A stretch of 64,000 bases of DNA from Rebecca billardiae RCC1528 (GCA_965240325.2 OZ251227.1:1612001-1676000); one strand, 5' to 3'. Positions 11,810 to 25,175 are shown, counted from the first letter of the stretch. Numbers and translations are program-made. Notes: generated by a model from the letters alone, not told the origin.

Positions 11810-13525
11810 TAGGGGGGCCAAAGTGGCACTGTAGCGTTACTGACGGCCACGAGCGCGGGTCCTAGCGAGTGTTTAGAGCTGATTTCGGGCTGGATCATTT
11901 GCCCTCTGGAGGGGTCTGGGCCGGCCATGTAAAAAAATCAGGTGCACATACCCTGAATATAGGGCGTAACGGCTAGCATATTTACTTATTATAATGAGCC
12001 TGAACTTATTGGAAACGGTATGTAACGGTCGTCCTATATGTGACATATAGACCATGTCGACCTCACTTTGATAGAGCATCTCAGCGAGATCGTTCTGAGT
12101 CCCCAGCAGCAGCAGGTCCCAACATGCGACATAGGCTGTGTACTGGCAGGCTGTCAAATATGTAGTTTCCTAGAAGCCACCGATCGTTACATACCCACTG
12201 TGTATATAGGCGCCATGCTGATGAATACAGCCTCGTCTGATCTCGAGCTGCGAGATACGTTTTCAGACTGTGTATACGGCCACGCGTACGGCGTATTGCA
12301 GACATAGTAGACCCAAAGCACCGGCCCCACGTCCTTAGCCCGGGAGTGCTCTCGGTCATAGTCAAGGTTTAAAGTGACTCGAGCCAACCGTCACCGCTCC
12401 CTGGCCGAGACCTACGAGGCAGGTCAAATCTGTCGTCGTCGCAGTGCGGCACAGTGCCGAGCATGCGATTCGGCAGCAAACGTCTGCTCCAGGCGGTGGC
12501 TGGCGTGTCTGCACCAAACCAGGCTGGATGGGATTGGTCCATATAGGTACGCACTACCCTGTTCCGCGCTATTTCTGGGCTTAGGGGCGGATATTCGGCC
12601 TACAGAGGCTGATCCGGCGCTGTTCGGCGCTCCTGGCTGGCTGCGCGGAGCCCAACGGCAAGCGCCGGCGTGTGCAAGGTGTCAAGATTGAGACGGTCTC
12701 TGACGCTCCCGCCGGTCTTGGGCGCACCAGGGTGCATGAGGGCCCATCTGCATCTGCTTCTGCAGGCATGAGCGTCACAGGGGCGCGCTTGCGGGCACGG
12801 TCGAGTGCACGTCGGACCTGTCGAATGAGCCAACCGCTGCCTGCGAGCACGTCCGCGACGTCCTGAGAGGCGAATGGGAGGCGCCCAGACGCCATCAGAG
12901 GGCACACGTGACCCATACCCAACGTACTGACCATCGCAAGTGCCACGGCAGGTGCAAACACGGGCCCTACAAGCGGAACATGACAGTTGCGAGCTCCGCG
13001 GAGGTGTTGCGCGCGAGCTCGCGCCGGTCTGCTGACGGCGATTCCGGCGCAGCAGGGCAGGCTAGGCGAGCTGGGCATCCACATACATACATGGGCACTT
13101 GGTGCGAGCATCGATCTCAACTGTGCGAGTTGATCATGAGCCACACCGTGCGGTAGCGTGACGGGCGCACGCAGCGCGCCAATTCAAGCCGGCCGACGCG
13201 CGCCGCGCACGGCGCGAGATGGCCAAGAAGCGGGTGGTGAGCCGCTGGTGGCGCAAAGGCACGGGTCAGTAGCGCCCACCAGCGTCACGCGCGCGCGCAC
13301 CAGAGACCATCTCGGCGTCTCAAAGGTCGCGAGCGCGCGGCGGTCCACTGCCTCCGGCCGCTCGCGCTGGAGCGGAACCGAGCTCTGAGCGTCCGAAGGC
13401 GTGAAGCTCGATTTTCGAGCGGGGTCCGAGAAAAAGGCTCCGCGCCACCCTAAAAGGCCGAGGGCGGAGCGAAAATGCGACGCGACTTTGCTTTTCATTT
13501 TTAAATGGGCGGTTTGGCCCCCCTA
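11810..13525. mobile_element. Non-autonomous TIR element (hAT-like termini)
   Basis: TAGGGGGGCCAAA...TTTGGCCCCCCTA 13-bp TIR; CCACGAC duplicated at 11803-11809 and 13526-13532. Confidence 0.85.
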
Positions 13526-13967
13526 CCACGACTTAGACTACGAGCAGCGTCGTCGTGCGCAGCGGCCGGTGGCCACGGCCTCGCCGGAATTCTCGGCGGA
13601 TGGCTCAGCGCCCCGGCGATCACAGTCAGTCACGCTCACAGGATCACTTACGGCCACGCGGGCACGGGCAGTCGGCGGAGTCAGTCGCCCGAGTGAATGG
13701 CATCATCGTGATCCGTCCGGCGTCGGGCCAAGCACGCTGGAGCACCGAGCAGGCTGCTTGATGAGCGTGTTCGACGACAGGATGTCACTGGATGCAGATA
13801 AATAATAAATAGGCGCCGAGAGCGAGTCTGCCGATGCCATCACTCTGTGCTGCAGTGCGCGGATGACCTCGGCGAGCGCTGCCAGGCGGTGCCGCACAGC
13901 CACGGCGCTCGGCTCTGGGCCTGACTCGAGGTTGCAAGCGCCCAGCGCAGAGTCGACGCGTCCACTC

Positions 13968-15209
13968 TCACAGCCGCTGCTCGGCGAAGTAGTAGAGCGC
14001 GGTGAACCACGCCAGCCGCCCGAGCTCGGCCGCGTGCGGCGAGGTGCGCGGGGCCACGTACTTGTCCAGCTGGCGCGGGGCGGAGATGCGGCAGGCGCGC
14101 GCAAAGGTTGGCGCCACGCGCGTGCGCGCTGCAGCGGCGCGCGACGATGCCGCGCTGCGCGCACCGCGTACACTGCGCCACTCGCGGCGGCACTCGCGAG
14201 CGAGAGGGGCGCCAGGTAGTCCGCCAGCTTGCCCGCGGCCGTGCGCATCGACTGGTTGGAGACGTACGCGTTGAAGCCGATGAAGAGCGTGCAGATGAAC
14301 GGCCCTGTGCACACAACGCGCACGGCGCGCAGCGCGGCGCGAGGCCGTGCGCGCAGCGCGCGTCAGAGGCGTCGCGGCGCGTCGCGGCGGCGCGCGGCGG
14401 TGCGCACGCGCACCGAACACGGCGTGCTTGAACGCCATCGGCAGCACCGACCCCGGGCGGCGCGCGGCCATGCGCGCGGCGACGAACTCGGCCATCGAGC
14501 TGAGGATGCCATCAAAGGAGCCCCACACCGCAAAGAGGAGCACCGCGAGCCAGGAGTCGATGCGCCCGCCGTGCGCGCCCGCCTGCGCCGCGAGGGCTGC
14601 GAGCGCGCAGAGCACGGTGGAGAGCAGCACCTTGCTCTCGACCACCGCCCCCTTGCGGCCGAAGCGGCGCGCGCCCGCCGCCGCGTCGGTGCTTGCCGCC
14701 TTCTTGGCGCTCGCGCGCGTGGTGCGCACGGTCGGCGGCGCGGGCGAGGCGGCGCGCGCGGGCGGCTTGCGCTTCGAAGCGGACGCCTGCCAGTACTCGC
14801 CGAGGTTCTTGTCCTCGAGCTGCTTGCGCGCGGTCTTGGCAACCGTCTCGGGCAGCGGCTTGGGCGGGACGCGCTTGGGCGACGTCCGAGGCGACGTCTT
14901 GGGCGAGGCCTTCGGGGAGGGCTTCGGCGACGTCTTGGGCGTGGTCTTGGGCGAGGCCTTCGGCTTGGGCGTGGCCTTCGGCTTGGGCGTGCCCTTCGCC
15001 GGCGACTTGGCGCGTGCGCCCGCCTTGGGCGACGAGACCTTGGTCGCAGGCGTCTTGCGCGCGGCCGGCGCGGGCGAGTCGGCCGTTCGCCTGCTCGAGC
15101 GCCTACCACCCGGCGTCACGTCCCACGCCGGGCCGGGATGGTCCAGCTCGAGGCCGGCCACCGCCCGCGAGGGCTTCGGGCTCTTCGTCGCGGACTTGCG
15201 CGGGGGCAT
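13968..15209 (-). CDS. Mpv17/PMP22-like membrane protein with long K/P/S-rich N-terminus; introns 14305-14413 and 14070-14164
   Basis: Spliced product reads ...FKHAVFG/PFICTLFIGFNAYV...KLADYLAPL...VYA/LDKYVAP...LAWFTALYYF, four TM segments spaced as in Mpv17/PMP22; both introns are GT-AG and keep frame. Confidence 0.6.
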   Translation of the reverse strand: MPPRKSATKSPKPSRAVAGLELDHPGPAWDVTPGGRRSSRRTADSPAPAARKTPATKVSSPKAGARAKSPAKGTPKPKATPKPKASPKTTPKTSPKPSPKASPKTSPRTSPKRVPPKPLPETVAKTARKQLEDKNLGEYWQASASKRKPPARAASPAPPTVRTTRASAKKAASTDAAAGARRFGRKGAVVESKVLLSTVLCALAALAAQAGAHGGRIDSWLAVLLFAVWGSFDGILSSMAEFVAARMAARRPGSVLPMAFKHAVFGARAHRRAPPRRAATPLTRAARTASRRAARRARCVHRAVHLHALHRLQRVRLQPVDAHGRGQAGGLPGAPLARECRREWRSVRGARSAASSRAAAARTRVAPTFARACRISAPRQLDKYVAPRTSPHAAELGRLAWFTALYYFAEQRL

Positions 15210-15478
15210 GAGTGCCGTTCTCCCCGGCGAACGAGCAGTGGTGCTGCGCGCGACAGGCTCACCGGTCGCGCAGGATTTGAACCTGCACCGGTGGTGCTGC
15301 ACGGGCTCCGAGCGGCCGGTGCGGCGGTGCCTTGCCGGGCGGCCCGGATCGAGAGCTGGTACTATTTTGGATCGGCCCCGCCGGACTTTTTTCGCTTGCT
15401 GTTGCGGGCGCGCGGGACGGAGAGGCGGGCAGCGGTGACGAGCGAGCGCAGGCCTCGTCGAAGGCGCCGGCCGTCGTG

Positions 15479-17439
15479 ATGAGCGACGATGGCATCACGG
15501 GAGCTGGCGGCGCGGGCTCGGCGGAAGCGGAGGAGGGCGCGCCGGCGCCGGCCAGTGTGCCGGACGACTTCTTCGCCAACCCATTCGCTGACCCGTCCGC
15601 CGGCTTCGACGTCAACCCGTTCGACGCAGCCGGCGGCGGCGGCGGCGACGGTAGCGGCGCAGGGGGGTTCGATGCCTCGCCGCCGGCCGCGCCGCCGCTC
15701 GAGCTCTTCGGCGCGGCGGAGGCGGATCCGGTGGGGTGGGCGGCATCGTCACCCCCCGCCGAGACGGAGGAGCTGCGCGCCGAGCTCGAGCGCGCGCACG
15801 CCGAGCTCGCCGCCGCGCGCGCCGCGCGCGCCGAGCTCGACGCCGAGCGCGAGCAGCTGGCATCCGCGCGCGCCGAGCTGGAGGCGCTGAGGGCGCGGCA
15901 CGCGGCGACGGAGTCGGAGCTGGAGGCAGCCCGGGCCGCAGCCTCCGAGCCGCCCGCGATCGACGAGTCGCGCTACGTGCCGCGCGACGAGCTCGCGGCC
16001 GAGCGCGAGCGGCATGCGTCTGCGCGCGCCCAGCTCGATGCGCTGCGCGCGCGGCACGCGGCGACGACCGCGGCGGTGGACGAGGCGCGGTACGTCGCGC
16101 GCGAGGAGCTAGAGGCGACGCTACACGAGATGACGTCGCGCGCCTCCGAGCTCGAGGCCACCTTCGGCGCGCTCCAGGCCGAGTGCCTCCGCGTGCAGGC
16201 CGAGCGCGATGAGCTGGACGGACTGCTGAGCGAGGCGCGCGCGCACGCGGCGCGGGGGGAGCAGGGCGGCGAGGCGGGCGGCGCGCTGGGGGCGGAGCTC
16301 GCGGCTGAGCTCGCCGTCGCGCGCTCCGAGCGCGACGCCGAGCGCGCCGACGCCGACGCGCTCCGCGCGGAGCTCGCCGACGCGCGGCGCGAGCACGCGG
16401 CTGCGCTCGGCGCCCGCGAGCGCGCGGCGCGCGAGGCGGCGGAGGGCGCGGAGGGCGCGCGTTCTGAGAACGAGGCGCTGCGCGACGCGGCGGAGCGGAG
16501 CGCCGAGTTCGCGCGGGCGGCGCACGACGAGGCGGTCGTGCTCGGCGCCGCGGTCGAGGCGCTCTCCGCCGAGGTTGAGCAGCTCAGGGCCGCCGACCCG
16601 TCGGAGGGCGGGCGGAACGCTGCGGAGGCGGAGGAGGCGGCCGCGGACGCGGAGGCGGCGCGCGCCGAGGCGGCCGCGGCGGCGGAGGCGGCGCAGAGGC
16701 GAGCGGCGGCGGCCGAGGCGCGCGCCGCGGCGGCCGAGGCGCGCGCCGCCGAGCTCTCCGCACAGCTCGACGCCTCAGCCGCCGCCGCGCCCGTCGAGGC
16801 GACCGCGGCCGCGTGCGCTGGGCCGGGCGGCGGCGCGGCCTCCGTCGCCGCGCCCGCCGCCGAGCTGCTCGCCGCGCGCGCCGAGGCGGAGGCGCTGCGC
16901 GCGCAGCTCGACGCCTCAGACGCGACGCACGCGCGCGCGCTCGCCGCGCTCCGCGCCGTCGCGCTGCAGAGCTCAGAGCGAGCGGCGGAGGCGGAGGGCG
17001 TGGCCGCGGGCGCGCTCGCGCGCGCCGAGGCGGCGTTGGCTGACGCGGCCGCGGGCGGCGAGGCGGGGGGCGCGGCGACGACGGCGGCGCTCGCCGAGCT
17101 GCGCGCCATCGCCGAGGCGAGTAGCACGCGCGCCGCCGAGGCACACTCGGACCTGCACGCCGCGGCCGCGCCCAACGGCGCTGAGCCCGCCGCGGCCGCG
17201 CCGCCTCCGGGCGCCGGCGCGGCCGCGCCGGGCGCGGGCGCCGCCGCTGCCGCGCTGCGAGACGCGCTGGTCGCCGAGCTGCACGCGCAGCTGGACGAGC
17301 AGACGGCGGCGCACGCGCGCGCGCTGGGCGAGATGCGCGCGCTCGCCGAGGCGGCCAACGAGCGCGCGGCGGAGGCGGAGGGCGCCCTCGAGCGGCGGCT
17401 TGCGCTCGGCGGCGGCGGCGGCGGCGGCGGCGCGGGCGC

Positions 17440-17471
<32 letters not shown>

Positions 17472-17478
17472 CGGGCGC

Positions 17479-17518
<40 letters not shown>

Positions 17519-20365
17519 GCGGCGGCTTTGCACGAGCAGCTCGCCGTGCTGCGCGCGCAGCTCGAGGCGCAGGCGAGCGCGCACAGCGCCGCGCTCGCCG
17601 AGGTGCGCGCCTCCGCCGCCGACGCCGCCGCCGAGCGCGCGACGCGCGAGGGGTTGGCACAACTCGAGGCGGCGCGCGGCGCGGCCGCGGCAGAGGCGGC
17701 GGCGGCGGAGGCGGCGCGCGAGGCAGTGCAGCAGCAGCTGGACGACGCGGCGGTGATGCACGACGCCGCGCTGGGCGAGGCGCGCGCGCGCGCGCACGCG
17801 GCCGAGGCGCACGCGGCCGAGTCCGAGGCGCGCGCCGCCGCCGCGCTCGACGGCGCGAGGCGCGAGGCGGCCGCTGCGGAGGGCCTGAGGCAGCAGCTGC
17901 GCGCGCTCGGCGGCGGCGGCGGCGCGGACGGCGGCGGCGGCGGCGCGGACGGCGGCGGCGGGCGCGGCGGCGCGCTCGCCGAGGCGCGCTCGCCGCCCAC
18001 CGGCGGTGCGCGGCCGGCGGGCAGCCCCCTGCCCCCGTCGACGCCCTCCTCCGAGGTGCGCTCCGCGCTCGGCGCCTCCGAGGAGCGCGCGCGCAGGGCG
18101 GAGGAGGCGGCGGCGCGCGCGGCCGCGAGCGCGGACCGAGCGCGCGCCGCCGAGGCGGATGCGGTGGCCGCGGCGCGCGCCGAGGCGGCGGACGCGGCGG
18201 AGGCGCGCGCCGCGCTCGCGGCGACGCAGCGCGCGCTCGCCGAGACGTCCGACGCGCTGCGCGCGTGCACGCGCAGCGCCGCCTCCGCCGCCTCCGCCGC
18301 CGGCGCCACAGCCATGCCCGGCGGCGCGGCGCGGCACGGCGGCGCGCCGCCCGCGCCGAGGAGCGACGAGGGCGCGCGCGGCCCGGCGGCGGAGGCGGAG
18401 GCGGCGGAGGCGGCACGCGTGCGGGCGCAGGCGCGCGCGCTCGAGGCGGCGGGCACGGAGCACGCGCGGCGGCTGCAGCGGCTGTGCGACACCCTCGTCG
18501 CCTACGCCGCCGGCGCCACCGCCGTCTCCGCCGCCGCCGAAGCGCCGCGCCCCGCCGCCGAGCCGGCATCGACGCCGCCTCCGCCGCCGGCGCTCGCGGG
18601 CGCGCGCGGCGGCGCGGCGGACGCGCCGCCCTCGCCGTCGGCCGGCGCGCTGCTTGGCGCCTCCGCCGCCGCCGCCCTGAGCTCGGTGGAGGACCTGTGC
18701 GACGCGATCGCGCAGCGCGCGGCGCAGGCGCACGCCGCCGCGCGCGCCGCCGAGGCGCGCGCCCTCTCCGCGCGCGCCGACGCGGCGGACGCGGAGGCGC
18801 GCGCACACGCGGCCGACGCGCGCGCTCGGGACGCGCACGCCGCCGCCGCGCTCGAGCTCGGCTCAGCGGCGGCGCGGCGTGGGGAGCACGGCTTCGGCGG
18901 CACGGCGTACGCGCCGCGCCGCGCCGCGCGCACGCCCTCGCCCGACCGCTCCGACGCGCGCGCCGCCGACAGCCTCCGCCTCGAGCTGGCGGAGACACGC
19001 ACCGCCCTCGCCCGCTCGCGCGCCGAGGCGCAAGAGTTGCGCTCGGCGCTGGCGGGCGCGGACTCGACGCGCGCGCAGCTGCGCTCGGCGCAGACCGAGC
19101 TGCCCACGCTGCGCGCGGAGGTGGCGCGCGCGCGCGCGGACGAGGGCAGCGCGCGGCGCCAGCTCGCCGAGGCCTCCGCCGAGCTCACCGCCGTGCGCGC
19201 GATGAACGAACAGCTGCGCGCGCAACTGGACGCCAGGCTGCGCGCGGACGGTGCGGCGGCGCGCGCCGCCGCCGCCGCGAGCGCGGCGCCGCCGCACGCG
19301 CGCGCGGGCGCCGCGCTCAAGACGCCGACGCTCTCGGGCGCGGGCGCGGGCGCGGGCGTCTCCGCGGCGGCCGACGCCCGCGCCCCGAGCACGCCGCCGC
19401 CGTACGCCCTCCGCCTCAGCCCGGGCGCGGGCAGCGGCGGCGCGCAATCTCGCGAGCGCGAGATTGCAGAGGCGCGGCGCGAGGCGGCGGCACACGCAGA
19501 GGTGGCGGCGCGGCTGAGGCTCGAGCTCGACCTCTCGCGCGCGGCGGCGATGGAGGGGCGCGCGGCGCGCGCGGGCGGCGCGCGGGGCTCGCCGCTCGGC
19601 CTCGGCTACGGCTGCGCGGGGGCAGCCGGCTCGCCCGGCGGCGGCGCCAACGGCTGGGGCGGCGGCGCGGGCGGCGCGGCCGAGGGCGCGGGCGCGGGCG
19701 CGCTCCGCGGCGGCGGCGGCGGCGCGCGCGCGTCCCCGCCCTCGCCCGCCACGGCGGCGGCGGCGGCGGCGGCGGAGAGCGAGCGCAACCAGCTCGCAGC
19801 AGAGCTGATCGCGACGCAGCGGCAGCTCGCCGCGGCCGAGGCGCGCGCCGCCCGCCTCGCCCTCGCCGAGCACGAGCGCACAGGACTGCTGCTGCACGCC
19901 GCACCGCCCGGCGGAGGCGCGGCGGGCGCGCGCTATTTCGCAGCGTCGCCGCCGGGGGTGGCCGCCGGCGCGCCCGCCGCGTCCGAGCTCGCCGAGCTGC
20001 GCGCCTCGCATGCCGCGCTGCGCGCGCGCGCCGCCCTCTCCGACGCGCGCGTCGCCGAGCTCGCCGGCGAGAACGAGGCGCTGCGCGCGCGCGCGGGCGG
20101 TCACGCGCCACAGCCGCACCGCCGCTGCTGGCCGGACGAGCGCTACGAGCAGCACTCGTCTTACTCCAGCGGCGGCGGGGCGCCGCTCGGGTTTGGCGGC
20201 GCGGGATACGCGCCGGGCGCCGAGCGGCGCAGCCCCGCCTCTGCGCGCTCGAGCGGCGCGCATCAGCAGCCGCCGCTGCCGCGCGCCGCGTGCTCGCCGC
20301 ACGCCGCCGCCGGCTCGCCGATGCCGCCACACCCGGGCGGGCCGCTGCCGTCCGGGATGCTGTGA
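15479..20365 (+). CDS. Large Ala/Glu/Arg-rich coiled-coil protein
   Basis: About 1630-codon open frame with heptad-like ELxxLRAxL segments; N-terminal NPF motifs (FANPFAD, DVNPFD). Confidence 0.75.
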
Positions 20366-20571
20366 AGCCCGTGACACTCTAAGGGAGGCCGTGACTCCAG
20401 CCCGAGCACGGAGCAGTGTGACTAGACGGTGTCGCAGCAGTGACGATACGCCGCCGACAGCAAGTAGCGCAGGCTGCGACAGCGCGCGCAGAATTTGTTA
20501 TTACCGCCAGCGCGGCATCATCCATCCGTATTTTTAAAATTAATTTTATAATAATAATAATATATTAATAA

Positions 20572-21844
20572 TGGCCCGCGGTGCAGGGCGGAGCGCGCAG
20601 CGTGGAGCCCGCACCAGCGGGCCCGAACCACGTTTCAAAAAGATCTTTGATCGTCAAGAAAAAAGGGACGGGGGGCGGCGGAAAAAAAGGGACGGGGGGC
20701 GATTTTTAGGGCTGGCGGAGACCGAGTTTCGAGTTTTTGAGATCGCATTGAGAGGTCTATCAGGCCAAAAAAAACGCGCCCAGCTGATTCCCTTAAGTAA
20801 AGTGCCATCTGGACGTCAGCTGGACGTGACATTAGTGTAACGGTTCGTTACGAGCGAATCGTACTCGTCTTCCCGGATCGCGTGACGTCCGGACTGGGCC
20901 ACATCCGGATCGTCGGAGGTGACGTGCCCCGGCATGGCGGATATGCGGGACGGCGCCTGCACGTGCCTCCGGACCCGCCTCCCGCTTGCTGCTCACGCAG
21001 TCAGCTGCGACCGTGGCGCATGATCGCAGAAGCAGTGCCGGCAGTACGGCCTGCATCAGCTAGTGCCGCGCCGTCGTGGCGCGCGCGGTACGGTTGCGCG
21101 TTTGCAGCGCTCGCCGCTCGGGCGACGGCACGCGCGTGCGGCTCAGGTGTGTCAAATGCGGTCTCGTCGGCGCGCTTTCGCCTGCCACCTCGTGCACCCG
21201 TGCCGCCAGTTTCATCGTCTTCATGAGGACTGCTGCTGCTGTCGCCATCCGCTCTCCATCACCCCGAGTCGCCGGTCGCGCGGCGCGCGCGGTAGGCACT
21301 AGGCAGGGCGTACGGTCACTCACCCGTGCAACGGGTCAAGTGGCCAGAGTACGTCTGGTCGTTGGCTGGCACGGGCCGCAGCGCTAAAGCACCCTGCTGT
21401 CACACCCGACTCCTTCAGTACTCCGAGCTCCGCGGCACGACTCACTCGGCACGATCGCGGACGGGTCGGATCCGAGCTGATCAGCCAGAGTTGGACACAG
21501 TTTGGCAGCTACTAGTAGTAATTCCGATGCCGATGGCACGATCGCGGACGGGTCGGATCCGAGCTGATCAGCCAGTTGGACATTTGGCAGCTAGTTGTCA
21601 GACGGACGTCCGATTTGACGACCGGTGCCGGGTGCGGTCTCAGGTCCGCTGCTGTGATTGTGTGAAGTGTGAATGAGTCTCGCGGTCGCGCAGGCAGGGC
21701 GACGGTCGGACTAATAGCTTCAGTCATCTCAGAACCGACTTCAACTGGCGAACTGCCACTACGGCGGAGAGCCGCGATTGCACGGCCACCGCGGGCCCCC
21801 AACTGCGTTGATTCTATGCAGAAAAGGACCGCGGAACGCGGTCA
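20572..21844 (+). mobile_element. Asymmetric-end element copy E1 (Helitron2/Helentron-like, non-autonomous)
   Basis: TAA|TGGCCCGCGGTGCAGGG...GGACCGCGGAACGCGGTCA|TAA; internal 40-bp direct repeat at ~21448 and ~21534. Confidence 0.85.
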
Positions 21845-22166
21845 TAATAATACTATTCGTTGCTGCCGCTGCTGCACTTGCAGCCTGCTGCTCCGGGAGA
21901 GTGCTGCCTGATGTGCCCTCGCCCTCGGCGAGTCATCATCATCATCGTCGTCTGCATCATGTGCTGACGAGAGCGCCCATCGCCAGCTGAGGGAAGTGCG
22001 CCTGCTGACAGCCCGCCCGCCGGCAGACGACGCTTCAAACGTAGTCTGAACTCTGAAGTCTGATTATGACGAGACATAGTCACGTCTGACGATCACTGAT
22101 GAGTGACGCGAGCGCGTCGTCCCGCCGCCCCCGGCCGCGCCCGCCAGGCCGCTCGGCGCACTCTCA

Positions 22167-25100
22167 TCAGCCAGCGGCCGGGCGGTCGGCGCGCACAGCG
22201 GCCCAGTCCTCCACGCACGCGCGCATCGCCGCAGCCTGCCGCGCCGCCAGGCCGGACGGCGGGGCCGCGCCCTCGGGCCGCGCGCCGCCGCCCGCGCCCT
22301 GCTCTGGCGCGTGCGCGGCGCCCTCCGCCTCCTCCAAGCGCGCGAGCGCGCACGCGCGCTCGGCGAGCTGCAGCAGCCGCTTGGCGCCGACGGGCCCGGC
22401 GCCGAGCGCGGCTGCGGCCATCGGCTCGAGGGCGGCCGCGTCGATGGGCAGCGCGGCGCGCGCGAGCAGCGCGCGCGCCTCGTCGGCCGTGCGCAGCAGC
22501 GGCACGCGCTGTGTCTCGTCAAAGGCGCCTCGCAGCAGCGCGCAGCTGGGCGCGCGCGGATCGGAGGTCGTGCCGATCACGATGAGCGCCGGAGGCAGGA
22601 GCTCGGCCGCCGCACGACCGCCGGGCGCGTCGGCGTCGACGGTGCCGCCGCCGCCGCCGCCCGGCGCGGCTGGCTCGGCGGCGCCGGTGTGCTGCGGTGC
22701 GCGCGCGCCGAGCGGCTCGCGCAGCAGCGCGCGCAGCGTCGCCGCCACCGCCTCCGAGCCCGCGAGCAGCCTGTCCACGTCGTCGAGCAGCAGCGCGGCG
22801 CGGCGCATCGCGCGCGCCTCGCCGAACGCGGCCGCGAGCGCCGCGCACCGCGCGCCCTCGCCCTCGGCGCCCGCGAGCGCGTCCGCGGGCGTGAGCACGC
22901 GCGCGTAGTCCACCACGCCCTCGGCGGAGGCGAGCGCGGCCGCCCACGCGCCGAGCGCCGTCACGCCCGCGCCCTCGCCCTCCGCGGCGAGCAGCAGCGA
23001 GCGCACGCGCGCGGGCGGCGCGCCGCCGTCCGCGCGCGGCGGCGCCGCGCCACCCTCCTCCGCCGCCGCCGCCGCGCCGCCCACGAAGAGGCGGAGCGAG
23101 CGCTGCAGCCGCGCGTGTGCGGCCGAGGGCGGGGCGGCGCCGTGAAGGGCAAAGCGCGCGCGCAGCTCGTCGTCGCGCTTGCCGAGGGCGGGCGTGATCT
23201 CGCGCAGTGCCAGCTCGAAGTCCGAGGCGCGCACGCGCACGCCGCCCAGACCGTCCGCGTCCGCCTCCGCCGCCGCCGCGTCCGCCGCTGCCTCATCCAG
23301 CGGCGCGGCCGCCGACGGCGCGCCGCCCGGCTCGGCAGCCGCGCCCATCGCGCGCTCGAGGGCGAAGGACGCGGCGGAGCGCACGAGGCCGGCGAGCTCC
23401 GCGCCGGAGAAGTGCTCCGTGCGCTGCGCCAGCGCGCCCGCCGCGCCCGCGTCGTCGATCAGCTCGGCCGCGCCCTCGTCCAGCACGCCGTTGTCGCGCA
23501 TCGCGCGCGTGTGGATGCGGAGGATGTCCCGCCGGCCCGCCGCGTCCGGCAGCGCGACGCGCAGCTGGACCTCGAGGCGGCCCGGGCGGAGGAGGGCCTC
23601 GTCGAGGAGCTCGGGGCGGTTGGTCAGCCCCACGACGAGCACGTTCGGCGCCTCCACCACGCCGTCCATCTTGGCGAGCAGCTGGTTCACCACCGAGTCG
23701 CGCACGCCCGACGAGTCGCCGGACACGGAGCCGCGCGCGCGCGCGATGGCGTCCATCTCGTCGAGGATGATCACGTGCAGCGCGGACGCGTCGCCCGCCG
23801 CGGCGTACTCGGCCTCGGCGGGGGCGAAGAGCTTGCGGATGTTCGCCTCCGCCTCGCCGACGAACTTGGACAGGCACTCCGGCCCGTTCACCACCTGCGG
23901 CTCGCGCGCGCCCAGCAGCCGCGCCAGCTCGCGCGCCAGCAGCGTCTTGCCGCAGCCCGGAGGCCCCGAGAGGAGAATCCCGCGCACGTGCGAGATGCCG
24001 AGCTGCCTGGCCGCGGCGGGGTTGGCGCGCGAGGCGAGCACGCGGCGCACGATCGCGTCGAGCTGCGCCTCGAGCCCGCCCACGTTCTGCGAGAGCGGCG
24101 AGCGCGCGCCGCCGTCCGCGCCGCCGCCCGGCTCGGCGCGGCGCGCGCCGAGCGCGGCCACGCGGCGCGCACTCTCCTCTGCGCCCTCACCCTCGTACAG
24201 CGACGCGTCCTGCACCCGCTGGAAGGCGGCGGCGAGCGGCGCGCGCTCGAGCGGGAGCGGCGCGTACGGCTCGAGCGGCGGCAGGTCCTCCGCGGCGAGC
24301 GTCGCGGGCGGGCGCAGCACCACCTCGAGCAGCGCCGCGCGGCCGAGCGCGCCCGAGTACTCCTGCGTCAGACCGCCGAGCAGCAGCGTCGCGTTGGCGG
24401 CGGTCGGCGCGCCGCTCACGCCGCCAAAGCCGGTGCCCGCCGCCTCGAGGGGCGCGCCGACGGGCGCAAAGTCGCCGTCGCGCGTGAGGCGCAGCTTCGT
24501 GATCTGCGCCGTGCCGACGAGCGGCTTGAGCAGCGTGATCGTCCCGGTCGGCGGCGACGTGAGCGCGACGCGCGAGCGCCGCGCCGCCGCGGCCGCGGCC
24601 GCGGCCGCCTCCGCCGCCTCGCCGCCGTCGGCGCCGCCCGACGCCGGCGGCGGCAAGGGCGCCGGGAGCAGGTGGACGCGCACGTCCCACCGCTTCCCTT
24701 CCGCGTCGCCGCTCACGCGCAGCGTGCGCGCCTCCTCCAGCTCCTCCGCGCCGTCGAGCAGCTGCGCCCAGCTCGCCTCGCCCGCCCGCACGTGCACCTC
24801 GTTCAGCGAGCTCGCGACCGCGTCCCGGAGCTCGTCCTCGAGCCACGTGCCCCACTCGACGCGGCCGGTGCCGCTGCTCTCAGTGCCCACGCCCGTGCAC
24901 TGCTCGATCGCGTCGCGCGCCGAGCGCACCACCGGCCCGAGCGCCGGGTGCTCGTCGGCGCTCGCGCCGTCGCCGCCGTCGCGCCGCAGGTGTGGCACGC
25001 TCACGTGGTACGCGGAGTCGGGTGGTCCGGAGGCGAGGACGCGCGCCCGGAGGCGAGCGACGCGAGACGGCGCGGCGCAGGCGCCCGGGAGGAGCCGCGC

Positions 25101-25175
25101 GCCGTGCCTCGCGAACTTGCCCGCGACGGCCGCGGCGAGCACGGCGAGCAGCGCCGCGCGCATCGACACCCGCAT
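22167..25175 (-). CDS. NSF/Sec18-like AAA+ ATPase with N-terminal signal-peptide-like presequence
   Basis: [70 protein letters not shown]; degenerate D2 domain. Confidence 0.9.
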   Translation of the reverse strand: MRVSMRAALLAVLAAAVAGKFARHGARLLPGACAAPSRVARLRARVLASGPPDSAYHVSVPHLRRDGGDGASADEHPALGPVVRSARDAIEQCTGVGTESSGTGRVEWGTWLEDELRDAVASSLNEVHVRAGEASWAQLLDGAEELEEARTLRVSGDAEGKRWDVRVHLLPAPLPPPASGGADGGEAAEAAAAAAAAARRSRVALTSPPTGTITLLKPLVGTAQITKLRLTRDGDFAPVGAPLEAAGTGFGGVSGAPTAANATLLLGGLTQEYSGALGRAALLEVVLRPPATLAAEDLPPLEPYAPLPLERAPLAAAFQRVQDASLYEGEGAEESARRVAALGARRAEPGGGADGGARSPLSQNVGGLEAQLDAIVRRVLASRANPAAARQLGISHVRGILLSGPPGCGKTLLARELARLLGAREPQVVNGPECLSKFVGEAEANIRKLFAPAEAEYAAAGDASALHVIILDEMDAIARARGSVSGDSSGVRDSVVNQLLAKMDGVVEAPNVLVVGLTNRPELLDEALLRPGRLEVQLRVALPDAAGRRDILRIHTRAMRDNGVLDEGAAELIDDAGAAGALAQRTEHFSGAELAGLVRSAASFALERAMGAAAEPGGAPSAAAPLDEAAADAAAAEADADGLGGVRVRASDFELALREITPALGKRDDELRARFALHGAAPPSAAHARLQRSLRLFVGGAAAAAEEGGAAPPRADGGAPPARVRSLLLAAEGEGAGVTALGAWAAALASAEGVVDYARVLTPADALAGAEGEGARCAALAAAFGEARAMRRAALLLDDVDRLLAGSEAVAATLRALLREPLGARAPQHTGAAEPAAPGGGGGGTVDADAPGGRAAAELLPPALIVIGTTSDPRAPSCALLRGAFDETQRVPLLRTADEARALLARAALPIDAAALEPMAAAALGAGPVGAKRLLQLAERACALARLEEAEGAAHAPEQGAGGGARPEGAAPPSGLAARQAAAMRACVEDWAAVRADRPAAG

